A DNA stretch of 56,373 nt from Chthonomonadaceae bacterium (GCA_035650735.1 DASRGZ010000198.1:62001-118373); one strand, 5' to 3'; counted from the first letter of the stretch, positions 37,752 through 49,056 are shown. Notes: generated from the letters alone by a model not told the origin. Numbers and translations: made by a program.

Positions 37752-38428
37752 GCGCGGCTGCCCTGCGCCGGGCTCTTGCTCAGCCCATCCAACAGCGTCA
37801 TCACCCGCCCGAAGACGGTCTCCGGCTCGGCGTTCGCGTCCACAGGATAGAGCAGGCCGCGCTTGCGATAATAGTCCAGCAGGGGCGCGGTCTTCTCCGC
37901 ATAGACCTCCAGGCGGCGCTTGACGACATCTGGCGCGTCATCGGGCCGCATCACCAACTGCGATTTACAGATGTCACAGATCCCGGGCTGCTTGGGCGGA
38001 TTGCTGACGATATGATAGGTCGAGCCATCCACCGGGCAGACCCGCCGCCCGCTAAATCGCTGGATGATCTCCTCCATCGGAGCCTCGAAGTCCAGCACGG
38101 CGTCCAGGCGGCAGCCCAGCTCGGCCAGCAGCGCGTCCAGTGCCTCGGCCTGCGGGATGGTGCGCGGAAACCCATCCAGCAGAAAGCCTTGCCTGCAATC
38201 CGGAGCGCTGATGCGCTCCCTCACCGCACGCACGACGATCTCGTCGGGCACGTATTCGCCCCGCTCAATCTTATACCGTTGAATCAGGCGTCCGAGTTCC
38301 GTACCACGCGCGATAGCCTCACGAAACATGGCCCCGGTCGAGATAGTCGGGATCTCATAATGCACCGCGATTCGCGCACCCTGCGTTCCCTTGCCTACGC
38401 CAGGCGGTCCCAGCAGCACCAGTATCAT
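37748..38428 (-). CDS. adk: Adenylate kinase
   Basis: GPPGVGKGTQ, LLDGFPRT and a Zn-type LID. Confidence 0.97.
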   Translation of the reverse strand: MILVLLGPPGVGKGTQGARIAVHYEIPTISTGAMFREAIARGTELGRLIQRYKIERGEYVPDEIVVRAVRERISAPDCRQGFLLDGFPRTIPQAEALDALLAELGCRLDAVLDFEAPMEEIIQRFSGRRVCPVDGSTYHIVSNPPKQPGICDICKSQLVMRPDDAPDVVKRRLEVYAEKTAPLLDYYRKRGLLYPVDANAEPETVFGRVMTLLDGLSKSPAQGSRA

Positions 38429-38534
38429 ACGCGCTCACCCTTGCAACGCCTGCCGCCGCCATTGGTGTAGGCATCCGCTCATCTCAGCGTAGGGGACGGA
38501 AGGCTAGATAGGTCACTCACACGCCGGGCAAACC

Positions 38535-38800
38535 GACCTAACCCCCCGGCCCCCACTGCTAGGGTCGGTGCTGCGCACGCTCGCGCCACTGCCAGGGTCG
38601 GGCCTACAATGGACTGCCAGGGTCGGCGCTACAATGGTTCGCGCCTCCACCTTGCCACAGCCCTCCGCCTTGCGACACCTAGCGGCCCTACGAGGGAAGG
38701 GGGGGGACCCGGCTTCTTTCCCCTCCCCTGTTCTTGGGGGTCGCTAGGCGGAGGCCCGAACCATTGCAGGGCCGACCCTAGCAGTGGGAAGGGGTGAGGG
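38535..38800. repeat. Composite P repeat with two opposed module A copies between secY and adk
   Basis: Three ACTGCYAGGGTCGG units at 38554-38625; inverted copy at 38739-38788. Confidence 0.85.
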
Positions 38801-38832
38801 CCAGATCGGTTTCCGCATTCCTGCGCGCTTCT

Positions 38833-40125
38833 CTAACTGCTGGTCTTGATAAAGCCCTCGTAGTTGCGCATCAGCATCTGGGCCTCGATGGCCTGCATCG
38901 TCTCTATCGCCACACCCACGACGATCAGCAAGGAAGTGCCGCCGATGAGCGTGAAGGTCTGAAAGCCCGTCCAGGACGGAATAATGTACTGGAGCACCGC
39001 GATGATCGCCAGGAACACCGCTCCCGCCAGCGTAATGCGCGAGATGACCCGCTCCAGATAGTCGTAGGTCGCCTTGCCGGGCCGGATGCCGGGAATATAG
39101 TTGCCGTACTTTTTCAGGTTGTCCGCCATGTCCTGCACGTTCATCACGATGGCCGTGTAGAAGTAGGTAAATACCACGACCAGCAGGGCATAAAAGAGCA
39201 GCGCGATGGGATGCTGTCCGGGGCTCATGTACATGGACTTATCCTTGAGCCAGCCGATAAACCCGGTCTGAATCGGGATCGTGTTAAACAGCGTGGCCGG
39301 AAGCAGCATCAGCGAGATGGCAAAGATGATCGGGATGACCCCGGCGGTGTTGACCTTGATCGGCAGGTACGAACTGCCCGCCTGGGTCTGCCGCATACCA
39401 ATGACGCGCTTGGCATGCTGAATGGGAATGCGCCGCGTCCCCTGCGTGATATAGACAACCGCGTAGACGGTCGCGATAAACGCCGCGATCAGGACCAGCA
39501 GGCTGCCGACGCTGGCCGTGCCCGCCTGTACCTGCTTGGCGATCAGGCCGATCTGATAGGGCAGGCTGAGCAGGATGCCCGCGAAGATGACCAGCGAGAC
39601 GCCGTTGCCCACGCCCCGCTCCGTCACCTGCTCGCCCATCCACAGCAGGAAGGACGACCCGGCTGTCAGCGCCAGGCAGATCTGGATGCGCTGGAGGAAC
39701 GGAATGTGCGCGCCGCTCTGCGAGAGAATATAGGTCATGCTGAAGGACTGCACCACCGCCAGCACAACCGTCAGGTAACGGGTGATCTTGGCTATCTGCT
39801 TGCGCCCGGCCTCACCCTCTTTAGAGAGCGCGTCCAGGCTTGGCAGCGCCATCGTCATCATCTGCATGATGATGGAGGCGTTGATATAGGGCGCGATGCC
39901 CATGGCCAGGATGGACATGCGCCGCAGGGCGCCGCCGGAGAACACATCCACCAGGCCCAGCAGGTTGCCTGCGCCGCCGCGCATCAGCTGGGCCAGCCGA
40001 TTGTGATCAATCCCGGGCACGGGAATATGCGCCCCGACCGCAAAGATCAGGAACATCAGCAGCACAAAGCCGATGCGCCGCTTCAGTTCGGGAATGGATA
40101 ACGCCCGATGGACTGCCTCTAACAT
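38833..40125 (-). CDS. secY: Preprotein translocase SecY
   Basis: GIAPYINASII, GVGNGVSLVIF, IPGIRPG and GGTSLLIVVGV. Confidence 0.98.
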   Translation of the reverse strand: MLEAVHRALSIPELKRRIGFVLLMFLIFAVGAHIPVPGIDHNRLAQLMRGGAGNLLGLVDVFSGGALRRMSILAMGIAPYINASIIMQMMTMALPSLDALSKEGEAGRKQIAKITRYLTVVLAVVQSFSMTYILSQSGAHIPFLQRIQICLALTAGSSFLLWMGEQVTERGVGNGVSLVIFAGILLSLPYQIGLIAKQVQAGTASVGSLLVLIAAFIATVYAVVYITQGTRRIPIQHAKRVIGMRQTQAGSSYLPIKVNTAGVIPIIFAISLMLLPATLFNTIPIQTGFIGWLKDKSMYMSPGQHPIALLFYALLVVVFTYFYTAIVMNVQDMADNLKKYGNYIPGIRPGKATYDYLERVISRITLAGAVFLAIIAVLQYIIPSWTGFQTFTLIGGTSLLIVVGVAIETMQAIEAQMLMRNYEGFIKTSS

Positions 40126-40129
40126 ATGC

Positions 40130-40618
40130 TTACCTTCTTCTTGTCTGCGCCAATACCTCGGCCACGCCGCCAGCCGCTTGCAGCTTCTCCTGCGCGCTCT
40201 GGCTGAACTTATGGGCGCGAACGGTAAACCGCTTGGTAACCTCGCCGTCGCCCAGGATCTTCAGTCCATCCTGAAGACCGTGGACGATGCCCCGTTCCAT
40301 CAGGACTTCCGGGGTAATCTCGGCGCCCGCATCAAAAAGCGTCTCTAACTCGCCGACATTGACCACGGTATAGGTCGTCTTATGCAGGTTCTTGAAGCCG
40401 TGCGGGTTGCGGCTGCGCACGCCGCGCAGCTGGGGCAGGCGGCGATGGAGCGGGGTCTGCCCGCCTTCAAAGTTCGGGTTGACCTGGCCGCGCGCCTTGT
40501 TCCCCTTGTGGCCGCGCCCGGAGGTCTTGCCATGCCCGGAACCGATGCCGCGCCCGACACGCTTGCGCCGGTGCTTGGCGCCTTCCGGCGGCTTGAGTTC
40601 ATGAATTCCGATAGGCAT
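40130..40618 (-). CDS. rplO: 50S ribosomal protein L15
   Basis: [20 protein letters not shown] and FEGGQTPL. Confidence 0.97.
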   Translation of the reverse strand: MPIGIHELKPPEGAKHRRKRVGRGIGSGHGKTSGRGHKGNKARGQVNPNFEGGQTPLHRRLPQLRGVRSRNPHGFKNLHKTTYTVVNVGELETLFDAGAEITPEVLMERGIVHGLQDGLKILGDGEVTKRFTVRAHKFSQSAQEKLQAAGGVAEVLAQTRRR

Positions 40619-40628
40619 TCTGGTCTCT

Positions 40629-40820
40629 CTATTCCTCCGTCACCGGCTCGACCTCGACCAAGTGCTGAACCTTGTGGATCATGCCGCGAACGACGGGAGT
40701 GTCCTCACGAATCACGGACTGTCGCAGCTTGCGCAGTCCCAGGGAGCGAACGGTGTCCTTCTGCGTCTGCTGGTTGCCAATGGGGCTGCGCCGTAGGGTA
40801 ATTTTGAGTTTATCCGACAT
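40629..40820 (-). CDS. rpmD: 50S ribosomal protein L30
   Basis: [26 protein letters not shown]. Confidence 0.96.
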   Translation of the reverse strand: MSDKLKITLRRSPIGNQQTQKDTVRSLGLRKLRQSVIREDTPVVRGMIHKVQHLVEVEPVTEE

Positions 40821-41349
40821 GCAGGGTCGCCTCCTCCAGCTTCTTCATCCAGGGCGTGAGCTCTTCTACCGTCTTGGAGCGCAGTTGGGCCACATCGCCG
40901 GCGCGCTTGAGCTGTCGCAGGGCCTTCAGGGTGGCCCAGGCGATGTTGATGGCGTTGGCCGAGCCAAGCGACTTGCCCAGCACATCGCGCACGCCCGCCA
41001 GCTCCAGGATGGCGCGGACGCTGCTGCCCGCCACGATGCCCGTACCGGGCGAGGCTGGCTTGAGCATTACCTCCGCCGCGCCCTCGTGCGCCAGGATCTC
41101 ATGCGGGATCGTCCCGCCGACGATAGGCACCTCGATAAGGTTCTTCTTGGCCGCTTCCCCACCCTTGCGGATAGCGTCCGGGATGGCGCGGGCTTTGCCC
41201 AGCCCCACGCCGACGTGGCCGTTGCCATCGCCCACCACGACCAGGGCGCTCCAACTCATGGTGCGCCCGCCCTGGGTCGTCTTCTGGCATTTGTTGGTGC
41301 GGACAACGCGCTCTTCCAGATTGAGCGTATCAGGATTGATTCTTGCCAA
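40810..41349 (-). CDS. rpsE: 30S ribosomal protein S5
   Basis: [19 protein letters not shown] and [11 protein letters not shown]. Confidence 0.97.
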   Translation of the reverse strand: MARINPDTLNLEERVVRTNKCQKTTQGGRTMSWSALVVVGDGNGHVGVGLGKARAIPDAIRKGGEAAKKNLIEVPIVGGTIPHEILAHEGAAEVMLKPASPGTGIVAGSSVRAILELAGVRDVLGKSLGSANAINIAWATLKALRQLKRAGDVAQLRSKTVEELTPWMKKLEEATLHVG

Positions 41350-41518
41350 TGGTCACTCCTTCAGAGCGGGATCTGAGTTCCAGTCCCTCTCGTGCCGGGC
41401 ATGGAAAATACCCGTCTGTAGGGCGGCTACGCCGCCAACCGTCCTTCGGACGGAACAACCGGCATGGCGGCAGGTGGTTGCCTTCGTAGAGCGGGAAGAA
41501 CCTGCCGCAGCGAGGCGT

Positions 41519-41662
41519 CCGCTAGTCGCAAGGCAGAGGCGCGAGTATCGCCAGGCGGAGATCGCCAGGCAGAGCCGCGAGCCGTTGAGCGGCGTCCCTG
41601 GCAGTCGAGCGTGCCCAGTCCCGACCCTTGCAGTCGTAGCGCCCCGTCCCTTGCAGTCGCCT
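41519..41662. repeat. Degenerate module A array between rplR and rpsE
   Basis: CGTCCCTGGCAGT, CCGACCCTTGCAGT and CCGTCCCTTGCAGT units. Confidence 0.7.
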
Positions 41663-41740
41663 GGCCGCAGGCCCCCCAGACGGGTCATTTATGGCCCGGC
41701 TGGATTGCATGGCCGCATAAGCCCGGTTGAGTATAGCGAT

Positions 41741-42106
41741 TTAAAAGATTAAGCCGCCTTCGCGCGCGCTGTCGGCCAGCGCCTTCACGCGGCCATGATA
41801 CTTATAGCCGCCGCGATCAAAGACCACGGTGGTAATGCCGGCGGCCTGCGCACGCTCGGCGATCAGCTTGCCGACCGCCCGGGCCGCCTCGACGTTGCCG
41901 CCGGTCTTGAGCGCATCCCGCAGGCTCTTATCCAGCGTAGAGGCCGCCGCCAGGGTATGGCCGCGCGTATCATCAATGAGCTGCGCATAAATATGTTTGA
42001 GGCTGCGCGCAACGTTCAGACGCGGTCGCTCCGCCGTACCGCTCACCTTGGCGCGCACGCGCCGATGCCGCTTCTTGCGAAGCAGCTCCTTATCTTCAGC
42101 GTGCAT
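41741..42106 (-). CDS. rplR: 50S ribosomal protein L18
   Basis: [15 protein letters not shown] and [14 protein letters not shown]. Confidence 0.97.
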   Translation of the reverse strand: MHAEDKELLRKKRHRRVRAKVSGTAERPRLNVARSLKHIYAQLIDDTRGHTLAAASTLDKSLRDALKTGGNVEAARAVGKLIAERAQAAGITTVVFDRGGYKYHGRVKALADSAREGGLIF

Positions 42107-42189
42107 GTTGAGTTCGTTTCCTCTCGCGCTGGATTTCCGACCCAGCGCACAGCGTTGCGTGCCGGATCGTCTCCGGCACGCAAGGAACT

Positions 42190-42198
42190 ATTATACCA
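42190..42198 (-). promoter_or_regulatory. Candidate internal extended -10 promoter upstream of rplR
   Basis: TG-G-TATAAT in the rplF-rplR spacer. Confidence 0.5.
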
Positions 42199-42215
42199 CA
42201 ATCCTGGGCACGGCG

Positions 42216-42794
42216 CTATTTCTTGCCGCCCTTGCCGCCCTTGCCGCTGGCTTTGCCCGCCTTGCGGCGAACGACCTCGCCCTTGTAGCGAATGCCTTTG
42301 CCCTTATAGGGCTCCGGCTTCTTGAGCTTGCGGATCTCGGCGGCAGTCTGGCCGACCCGCTCCTTATCAATGCCGCTGATCGTGATGACCGGGTTGCGGG
42401 TCTGGGGATCGGTTGCGACGGCAAAGTTGATGCCCTCGCGCGGCGCCACCTCAATCAGGTGGGAGAAGCCGACCGCAAGCTGGAGGTTCTGGCCGGCCAT
42501 CTGGGCGCGGTAGCCGACGCCCTGGATCTCCAGTTGCTTCTGGTAGCCGTTAGTGACCCCCTCGATCATGTTGGCGACCAGCGTGCGCGTCAGGCCATGC
42601 AGCGCGCGCGACTCTTTCTCATCATTAGGCCGCTCGACTACCAGCGTGCCATCGCTCTGTTTTATGGTGATGCCCGAGTTAAATCGGCGAGCGAGCGTGC
42701 CCTTGGGCCCCTTGACCGTCAGAAGACCCTCTTCTCCTGGGGTGACGGTCACATTCGCCGGGATCGGAATCGGACGTTTGCCAATTCGTGACAT
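42216..42794 (-). CDS. rplF: 50S ribosomal protein L6
   Basis: MSRIGKRPI and PEPYKGKGIRY. Confidence 0.98.
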   Translation of the reverse strand: MSRIGKRPIPIPANVTVTPGEEGLLTVKGPKGTLARRFNSGITIKQSDGTLVVERPNDEKESRALHGLTRTLVANMIEGVTNGYQKQLEIQGVGYRAQMAGQNLQLAVGFSHLIEVAPREGINFAVATDPQTRNPVITISGIDKERVGQTAAEIRKLKKPEPYKGKGIRYKGEVVRRKAGKASGKGGKGGKK

Positions 42795-42822
42795 AGTTCA
42801 ACCTCTAAATCTAGGCGTGCTT

Positions 42823-43224
42823 TTACCAGACGTAGCAGAGCACTTCGCCGCCAACGCCGCGCCGACGGGCCTCGCGGTCGGTCATGACGCCCTGCGACGT
42901 GGACAGGATGGCGATGCCCAGGCCGCGCAGCACGCGCGGAATCCGTTCCTTGTTGCAGTAGACGCGCAGCCCCGGCTTGCTGATGCGCCGCAGGTTGGTC
43001 AGCACCTTCTCGCGCTTCGTGCCATACTTGAGGTTAATCTTGATCTTGTCCTGCGGGGCCTGCTTGATCACCTCGTAGCCTTTAATGAAGCCCTCCCGCT
43101 GCAGTATCTTGACGATCTCCAGCTTCAGGTTCGAGGCCGCGATTTCCAGCGAGTCGTGGTTAGCGTTATTGGCGTTGCGGATGCGCGTCAGCAGGTCGGC
43201 GACAGGATCAGTCGTGTAAGCCAT
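42823..43224 (-). CDS. rpsH: 30S ribosomal protein S8
   Basis: [13 protein letters not shown] and [10 protein letters not shown]. Confidence 0.97.
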   Translation of the reverse strand: MAYTTDPVADLLTRIRNANNANHDSLEIAASNLKLEIVKILQREGFIKGYEVIKQAPQDKIKINLKYGTKREKVLTNLRRISKPGLRVYCNKERIPRVLRGLGIAILSTSQGVMTDREARRRGVGGEVLCYVW

Positions 43225-43238
43225 GGACTTTGCCTCCC

Positions 43239-43424
43239 TTACCAGCTCGACTTGGTGACGCCGGGGATCAGGCCCCGGTGCGCCATCTCGCGGAAACAGA
43301 TCCGGCACAGGCCAAAGCGCCGAATGTAACCGCGCGCCCGTCCACAGACGTTGCAGCGATGGTAGGCGCGCACCGCGAATTTCGGCTTGCGCTTGGCCTT
43401 CTCAATCAATGCTTGCTTTGCCAA
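43239..43424 (-). CDS. rpsN: 30S ribosomal protein S14, Zn-binding (type Z)
   Basis: TTG start with [21 protein letters not shown]; 61 aa. Confidence 0.96.
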   Translation of the reverse strand: MAKQALIEKAKRKPKFAVRAYHRCNVCGRARGYIRRFGLCRICFREMAHRGLIPGVTKSSW

Positions 43425-43489
43425 AAAGAACCTCCATTCCATCTATCGGGACATTTGCCCTGCCAGGGAAGAAGCCCTCCCTCGTGTTA

Positions 43490-43640
43490 GACCTAACCCC
43501 CCGGCCCCCTTCCCTCATAGGGAAGGAGGTGACCCGACTGCTCCCCTCCCCTGTTCTTGGGGATCGCTAGGCGGAGGCGCGAACCGTTGAGCGCCGACCC
43601 TAGCAGTGGGACGGGGGTGGGGCCTCAACCGGAGTGAGGG
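43490..43640. repeat. Composite P + module A repeat
   Basis: ACCTAACCCCCCGGCCCC...TCGCTAGGCGGAGGC..CCGACCCTAGCAGTGG. Confidence 0.8.
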
Positions 43641-43669
43641 TGCTTCCCAGCCAAGAATCTGCGGAACGG

Positions 43670-45748
43670 CTAGTGTTCCGCCTCGCGCTCCTTCTTGTGG
43701 TTCGCGATGATCGTCTGCGCAATATGCGCCGGGACTTCCTCATAATGCGATGGCTCTACGCGGAAGGTGCCGCGCCCTCGGGTAATGGAGCGCAGGTCAA
43801 TCGCGTAGCGCAGCATCTCCGCCTGCGGCACGGTCGCCTTGAGCCGGGTCTTGCCGGCCCCAGCCGACTCCGTGCCGAGGATGCGTCCCCGCTTGCCGGT
43901 CAAATCGCTCATCACGTCGCCCAGCATCGTTTCGGGGATCAGCACGTCCAGAGTTACAATCGGCTCCAGCAGGATCGGATTGGCCTTCGGAGCCACGTTA
44001 TTAAAGGCGATGGTGCCCGCCATGATAAAGGCGGCTTCCGACGAGTCTACGTCATGGTAGGAGCCATCATAGCAGGTCGCCTTGAAGTCCACCATCGGAT
44101 AGCCCGCCAGAATGCCATGCTCGGCTGCCTGCCGGATGCCTTTTTCAACAGCGGGGATGTACTGGCGCGGAATGGCGCCGCCGACGATGGCGTCCACAAA
44201 CTGGATTCCCTCGCCCCGGTTCGGCTCCATGCGAATCCAGCAATCGCCGAACTGGCCGCGCCCGCCGGTCTGCTTCTTGTGGCGGCCCTGGCCTTCCGCC
44301 TTGGTCGTAATCGTCTCGCGGTAAGGCACCTTGCGATCCACGACCTCCACGTTCGCGCCAAACTTCTTCATGCGCTCAACCACGATAGAGAGGTGCGTCT
44401 CGCCCGCGCCGGCGATGACCGTCTGGCCGGTTTCGGGTTCCCGATAAAAGCGGAACGCCGGGTCGGAGCCGGCCACGCGCTGCAAGGCCGGCCCCATCTT
44501 GTCCTCATCCACCTTCGTTTTAGCAACGACGGCCTGCTCAAAGATCGGCTCCCCGAACTCGATGGCGTCCAGGACGATGGGCTTGCCCGGGTCAGACAGC
44601 GTATCGCCGGTGCGGGTATCGGCCAGCTTGGCCGTCACGCCGATGTCGCCCGCGCGGACCTCGTTGGTGGCCTCCTGGTTCTTGCCGCGCGCAAAGTAGA
44701 CCTGGCCGATGCGCTCCTCCCGCCCTCGTGAGGTGTTGAGCACGGTCGCCCCGCTCTTCAAGACGCCCGAGAAAACGCGGAAGTAGTTGAGCGTGCCCAG
44801 GAACGGGTCGGCGATGGTCTTGAACACCAGCGCGGAGAGCGGCGCCGTCTCGGATGCCTGGCGCGTCTCCTCGGCCCCGGTCTGCGGGTTCTTGCCGTGA
44901 ATGGTGCCGACTTCCAGCGGGTTCGGGAACTCCTGCACGATGATGTCGAGCAGGTCGGTCATGCCGATATCGCGCAGCGCCGAGCCGCAGAGCACCGGCA
45001 CGACTTTGCCGGCATCAATGCCCTCGTGCAGGCCGCGCACGATCTCATCGTGGGTCAGTTCCTCGCCGTTCAAAAACTTTTCAATGAGCTCGTCATCACC
45101 TTCCGCCGCCGATTCGACGAGAAGCTCGCGATACTTCTGGGCCTCCTCCAGGCACTCCGCCGGGATCTCCGAGCACTCGACGTTCTTGCCGCTGCCAATG
45201 AACGCCTTCATCTCGACGAGATCTACGACACCCTTGAACGCTTCGGCGGAGCCGATAGGTATCTGAAGAGGCGCGATGCTGTTGCCGTACCGGGCGCGCA
45301 ATGCCTGCACTACCTGAGCGTAATCGGCGTTCTCGCGGTCCATCTTGTTAACGAAGACGGCGCGCGGCAGGTTTCGTTCCGCCGCCAGATCCCAGGCAAT
45401 CTCGAAGCCGACTTCCGGCTCGCCCTGCGCGGGCGTGACCAGGATAGCGGCCTCGACGACGCGCAACGTGCTGCGGACTTCGCTCTGGAAATCCAGATAA
45501 CCGGGCACATCTACGAAATTGATCTTCGTGTCGTGCCACTCGCAGGGAGCCAGCGCGGCATTGATACTGATATGCCGCCTCTGCTCCTCCGGGTCGAAGT
45601 CGCAGGCAGCCGTCCCGTCATCGGTACGTCCCAGGCGATCCAGCGCGCCGGAAGTAAACAGCAGGGCCTCGGCGAGCGAAGTCTTTCCTGCGCCCTGATG
45701 CCCAAACAGTCCGACGTTGCGGATCGCCTTGATTGCGTAGCTTTTCAT
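43670..45748 (-). CDS. Elongation factor G paralogue (EF-G II type)
   Basis: GHQGAGKTS, RHISI in place of RGITI, DVPG, NKMD, KKQTGGRGQFG and YHDVDSSE; full five-domain length (692 aa). Confidence 0.93.
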   Translation of the reverse strand: MKSYAIKAIRNVGLFGHQGAGKTSLAEALLFTSGALDRLGRTDDGTAACDFDPEEQRRHISINAALAPCEWHDTKINFVDVPGYLDFQSEVRSTLRVVEAAILVTPAQGEPEVGFEIAWDLAAERNLPRAVFVNKMDRENADYAQVVQALRARYGNSIAPLQIPIGSAEAFKGVVDLVEMKAFIGSGKNVECSEIPAECLEEAQKYRELLVESAAEGDDELIEKFLNGEELTHDEIVRGLHEGIDAGKVVPVLCGSALRDIGMTDLLDIIVQEFPNPLEVGTIHGKNPQTGAEETRQASETAPLSALVFKTIADPFLGTLNYFRVFSGVLKSGATVLNTSRGREERIGQVYFARGKNQEATNEVRAGDIGVTAKLADTRTGDTLSDPGKPIVLDAIEFGEPIFEQAVVAKTKVDEDKMGPALQRVAGSDPAFRFYREPETGQTVIAGAGETHLSIVVERMKKFGANVEVVDRKVPYRETITTKAEGQGRHKKQTGGRGQFGDCWIRMEPNRGEGIQFVDAIVGGAIPRQYIPAVEKGIRQAAEHGILAGYPMVDFKATCYDGSYHDVDSSEAAFIMAGTIAFNNVAPKANPILLEPIVTLDVLIPETMLGDVMSDLTGKRGRILGTESAGAGKTRLKATVPQAEMLRYAIDLRSITRGRGTFRVEPSHYEEVPAHIAQTIIANHKKEREAEH

Positions 45749-45924
45749 CGCGTACTCTCCTCGCCTATGTTATTGACACGCGGCGCAGCATCACGACGGC
45801 GCAGCAAAATGTCCAGGGGTTGAACTGAAGGCCATTCTTCCTCGTTCCCCTTGCGTCGTCGCGTCCGCCCGATGCCGAGCGAACGCGGCGGCGAAGGCAG
45901 AGCGTCTTCATTATTCAGTTATCC

Positions 45925-46048
45925 TTACCTAATCCCCGTCCTGTGGCCCTCACCCCCTGTCCCCTCTCCCACGCTGCGGGAGAGGGGGAACCGAGAAGCC
46001 GGGTCACTCCCTTCCCTTTTAGGGAAGGGGGCCGGGGGGGTTAGGTCA
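45925..46048. repeat. Family P repeats overlapping the rplE stop codon
   Basis: CCCTCTCCCACGCTGCGGGAGAGGG and GGGGCCGGGGGGTTAGGTCA. Confidence 0.8.
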
Positions 46049-46600
46049 TCTCTCCCGGAAAGGCATGCCGAGCGCCTTGAGCAGCGCGCGGGCCTCCTCG
46101 TCCGTGCGTGCGGTCGTACAGATCGTGATGTCCATACCGCGCACTTTGTCAATCTTATCGTAGTCTATCTCTGGGAAGACAAGCTGCTCCCGCATGCCCA
46201 TCGAGAAGTTGCCGCGTCCGTCAAACGAATTGGGCGAGATGCCCTGGAAGTCGCGGATACGGGGCAGCGTAGCGTTCACCAGGCGGTCGTAAAACTCGTA
46301 CATGCGGTCGCCGCGCAGCGTCACCTTGCAGCCGATGCGGGCGCCCTGGCGGATTTTAAAGTTAGAAATGGATTTGCGGGCGCGGGTAACGATTGGCTTT
46401 TGGCCGGTGATGGTCGCCATATCGCGCACCGCGCCATCCAGCTCTTTCGAGTCGCCGCCGGTCTGCCCGGCACGACCGACGCCCATATTCAATACGATCT
46501 TTTCAAGCTTGGGAACCTGCATGACGTTCTTATAGTTGAACTGCTTCATGAGGTTGGGCGTAACTTCGCTTGTATAGCGCTCTTTCAAACGGGCAGCCAT
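46046..46600 (-). CDS. rplE: 50S ribosomal protein L5
   Basis: [14 protein letters not shown] and PRIRDFQG. Confidence 0.97.
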   Translation of the reverse strand: MAARLKERYTSEVTPNLMKQFNYKNVMQVPKLEKIVLNMGVGRAGQTGGDSKELDGAVRDMATITGQKPIVTRARKSISNFKIRQGARIGCKVTLRGDRMYEFYDRLVNATLPRIRDFQGISPNSFDGRGNFSMGMREQLVFPEIDYDKIDKVRGMDITICTTARTDEEARALLKALGMPFRER

Positions 46601-46657
46601 GTTTCTCTCAATCTCCCTTGACGTGCCGCCGATTTCCGACCGGCGGCGGGAATGAAT

Positions 46658-46925
46658 TACCTAACCCCCCGGCCCGGCAGGCTAAACCCTGCCGCTGTGG
46701 GGCGCTGCTAGGGTCGGGTTCCTCAACGGTTCGGAAACCTCCGCCTAGCCAGGCCCGCTGCCCACCTACGTGGGCAGAAAAACCCCGGCTTCTGCTCTCC
46801 CCTCCCCTGTTCTTGGGGATCGCAAGGTGTCGCAAGGCGGAGGCAAGGGCCATAACCTTGCCGACCCTGGCAGTGGGGCGAACCGTTGAGCGCCGACCCT
46901 GGCAGTGGGGACGGGGGTGGGGGCC
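46658..46925. repeat. Composite P + C + module A repeat between rplX and rplE
   Basis: GCAGGCTAAACCCTGCCGC (family C) and two module A copies. Confidence 0.85.
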
Positions 46926-46942
46926 AAAGCAGAAGGAACCTC

Positions 46943-47341
46943 TTAGCCCTCAATCGGTTTGCCGCAGTCCGGGTGCTTGCAGACGCGGTACTTGCGGCGC
47001 GAGGGCTTCTCGTCTCCCTCGCGAAAGGCGTAGCCGACGCGGGTGGGGCGATTGCAGTTCGGGCAGACCAGCATTACTTTCGAGGCGAACAGCGGCGCTT
47101 CCTTCTCGATGCGCCCGCCCTGCTGCATCTGGTTGGCCCCGGGGCGCGCGCTGGGACGGGCTTTCTGGTGGCGAATAATGATGTTGGCCCCCTGCACCGT
47201 CACCTTGTTCTCTTTCGGGAAGGCGGCCAGAATCTGACCGCGCTTGCCCTTGTCCTTGCCCGAAATGATCTCGACGGTATCGCCCTTCTTGACGCGCAGC
47301 TTAACCGGCTCCGCCGGCTTGCTTGGTTTGACTCTAGGCAT
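46943..47341 (-). CDS. rplX: 50S ribosomal protein L24
   Basis: [19 protein letters not shown]-terminal Zn ribbon CPNC...CKHPDC. Confidence 0.97.
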   Translation of the reverse strand: MPRVKPSKPAEPVKLRVKKGDTVEIISGKDKGKRGQILAAFPKENKVTVQGANIIIRHQKARPSARPGANQMQQGGRIEKEAPLFASKVMLVCPNCNRPTRVGYAFREGDEKPSRRKYRVCKHPDCGKPIEG

Positions 47342-47342
47342 C

Positions 47343-47711
47343 TTAAAGCACCTCCGGCGCCAGCGAGATGATCTTCATGAACTCCCGTTCCCGCAATTCG
47401 CGGGCGACCGGGCCGAAGATGCGAGTCCCGCGCGGCTCCAGGTTATTCTGGATGATGACCGCCGCGTTGTCGTCAAAGCGCAGCACCGAGCCATCCGGGC
47501 GCCGGATCGGCTGCTTGGTCCGCACGACCACTGCCTTGACCACGTCGCTCTTCTTGACCTGCTGGTTGGGCGTCGCCGACTTCACCACGCCCACGATTAC
47601 GTCGCCGACATTCGCGTAGCGGGCATTCGAGCCCTTCAGGACGCGAACGCACATGATCTCGCGCGCGCCGGAGTTATCGGCACAGCGCAAGCGGCTATAG
47701 ATCTGAATCAT
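47343..47711 (-). CDS. rplN: 50S ribosomal protein L14
   Basis: ADNSGARE and [13 protein letters not shown]. Confidence 0.98.
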   Translation of the reverse strand: MIQIYSRLRCADNSGAREIMCVRVLKGSNARYANVGDVIVGVVKSATPNQQVKKSDVVKAVVVRTKQPIRRPDGSVLRFDDNAAVIIQNNLEPRGTRIFGPVARELREREFMKIISLAPEVL

Positions 47712-47736
47712 GGGGATATCCCCTTCCTATTTCCTG

Positions 47737-48303
47737 CTACTTGGCTTTCTCGATGATGCGCACGACGCGCCAGCGCTTCTCTTTGGAGAGCGGGCGCGTC
47801 TCCATAATCTCGACGGTATCGCCTTCGTTGCACTCATTGCGCTCATCATGGGCTTTGAACTTGGTGGTGCGCCGCATGATTTTACCATAGAGCGGATGGC
47901 GTACCTTATTCTCGACCGCCACCACGACGGTCTTCTGCATCTTATTGCTAACGACCCGGCCCACGCGCACCTTGCGGCGTCCGCGCACGGCGGGCTTCTT
48001 CTCGGTGCCGAAGTCTACCGGGATGGCCTCCGGGGTCTCCGGAGCCGCAGCGGGCTCTTCCGGCGCAGCCGCCCTGCGCCCGCGCACGCCGGCTGCCGGC
48101 ATGCCGGTAGCCTCCGGCTCCACGACGGGCGCCTCCACATCCGGGGACGTGGGCGCAGCGCCCACGCCCGGTACCGCCGGTGCTTCTTCCGCCAGCACGC
48201 CCATCGCCTCATCTGCAGGCGTCACCTCCGGCGCGTTGAGGGCTTGCTCGCTCGGAACGGTCTGCTCCGGCGCCGCCACCGAGTCAACGATCTCATCCGA
48301 CAT
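47737..48303 (-). CDS. rpsQ: 30S ribosomal protein S17 with an acidic N-terminal extension of about 100 aa
   Basis: [20 protein letters not shown] and [11 protein letters not shown]. Confidence 0.94.
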   Translation of the reverse strand: MSDEIVDSVAAPEQTVPSEQALNAPEVTPADEAMGVLAEEAPAVPGVGAAPTSPDVEAPVVEPEATGMPAAGVRGRRAAAPEEPAAAPETPEAIPVDFGTEKKPAVRGRRKVRVGRVVSNKMQKTVVVAVENKVRHPLYGKIMRRTTKFKAHDERNECNEGDTVEIMETRPLSKEKRWRVVRIIEKAK

Positions 48304-48305
48304 AT

Positions 48306-48536
48306 CTATTTAGCCTCTTCCTTGCGGGCAAGTTCCCGCTCACGTAAGATGGTGAGGGCGCGCGCTATCTGCTTACGCGCCGTGCGGATGGCCGCTGTGT
48401 TCTCTAACTGCCGCAGCGCATTGCGGCGGCGCAGGTCATAGAGGTTGGCGCGCTGCCGGGCGATCTCCTGCCGAATCTCGTCGTCGCTCATCTCCCGCAG
48501 TTGAGCGCGTACCTGAGTTAGTTTCAGTTCTGCCAT
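48306..48536 (-). CDS. rpmC: 50S ribosomal protein L29
   Basis: [24 protein letters not shown]; position in operon. Confidence 0.93.
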   Translation of the reverse strand: MAELKLTQVRAQLREMSDDEIRQEIARQRANLYDLRRRNALRQLENTAAIRTARKQIARALTILRERELARKEEAK

Positions 48537-48540
48537 GCCT

Positions 48541-49038
48541 CTACTCCGTATTCTCCGCTGCGGGAGCGGTTGCGGTCTCCGTTGCCGATGCCCTCTCCGT
48601 CTCTTCCTCCGCCTCCTCCACCGCCAGCGGCTCCTGCTTGACCAGGAATTTGGTTGCAATGGGCAGCTTGTGCGAGGCCAGGCGCATGGCTTCCCGCGCT
48701 AGCTCCTCGCTGACGCCGGACATCTCAAACAGAATGCGGCCCGGCTTGACGACGGCTACCCAGCCTTCCGGCGCTCCCTTGCCGGACCCCATGCGGGTCT
48801 CGGCGGGCTTCTTGGTGAACGGCTTATCCGGGAACACGCGGATCCAGATCTTGCCGCCGCGCCGGATATGCCGGTTGATGGCGATACGGGCCGCTTCGAT
48901 CTGGTTGGCCGTCATCCAGCAAGACTCCAGGGCCTGCAAGGCATATTGGCCGAAGTTGATCGTGTTGCCGCTCATGGCTTTGCCGGCCCGCCGCCCGCGA
49001 TGCTGCTTTCTATGTTTGACGCGCTTGGGCATCAACAT
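48541..49038 (-). CDS. rplP: 50S ribosomal protein L16
   Basis: [15 protein letters not shown] and RMGSGKG. Confidence 0.98.
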   Translation of the reverse strand: MLMPKRVKHRKQHRGRRAGKAMSGNTINFGQYALQALESCWMTANQIEAARIAINRHIRRGGKIWIRVFPDKPFTKKPAETRMGSGKGAPEGWVAVVKPGRILFEMSGVSEELAREAMRLASHKLPIATKFLVKQEPLAVEEAEEETERASATETATAPAAENTE

Positions 49039-49056
49039 GGTGATTCACTCCTAAGG

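Noticed and set aside
38553..38640. Module A units as a TIGR/guide-RNA array
   Set aside because: At most three units, irregular period, and no associated effector gene in the window.
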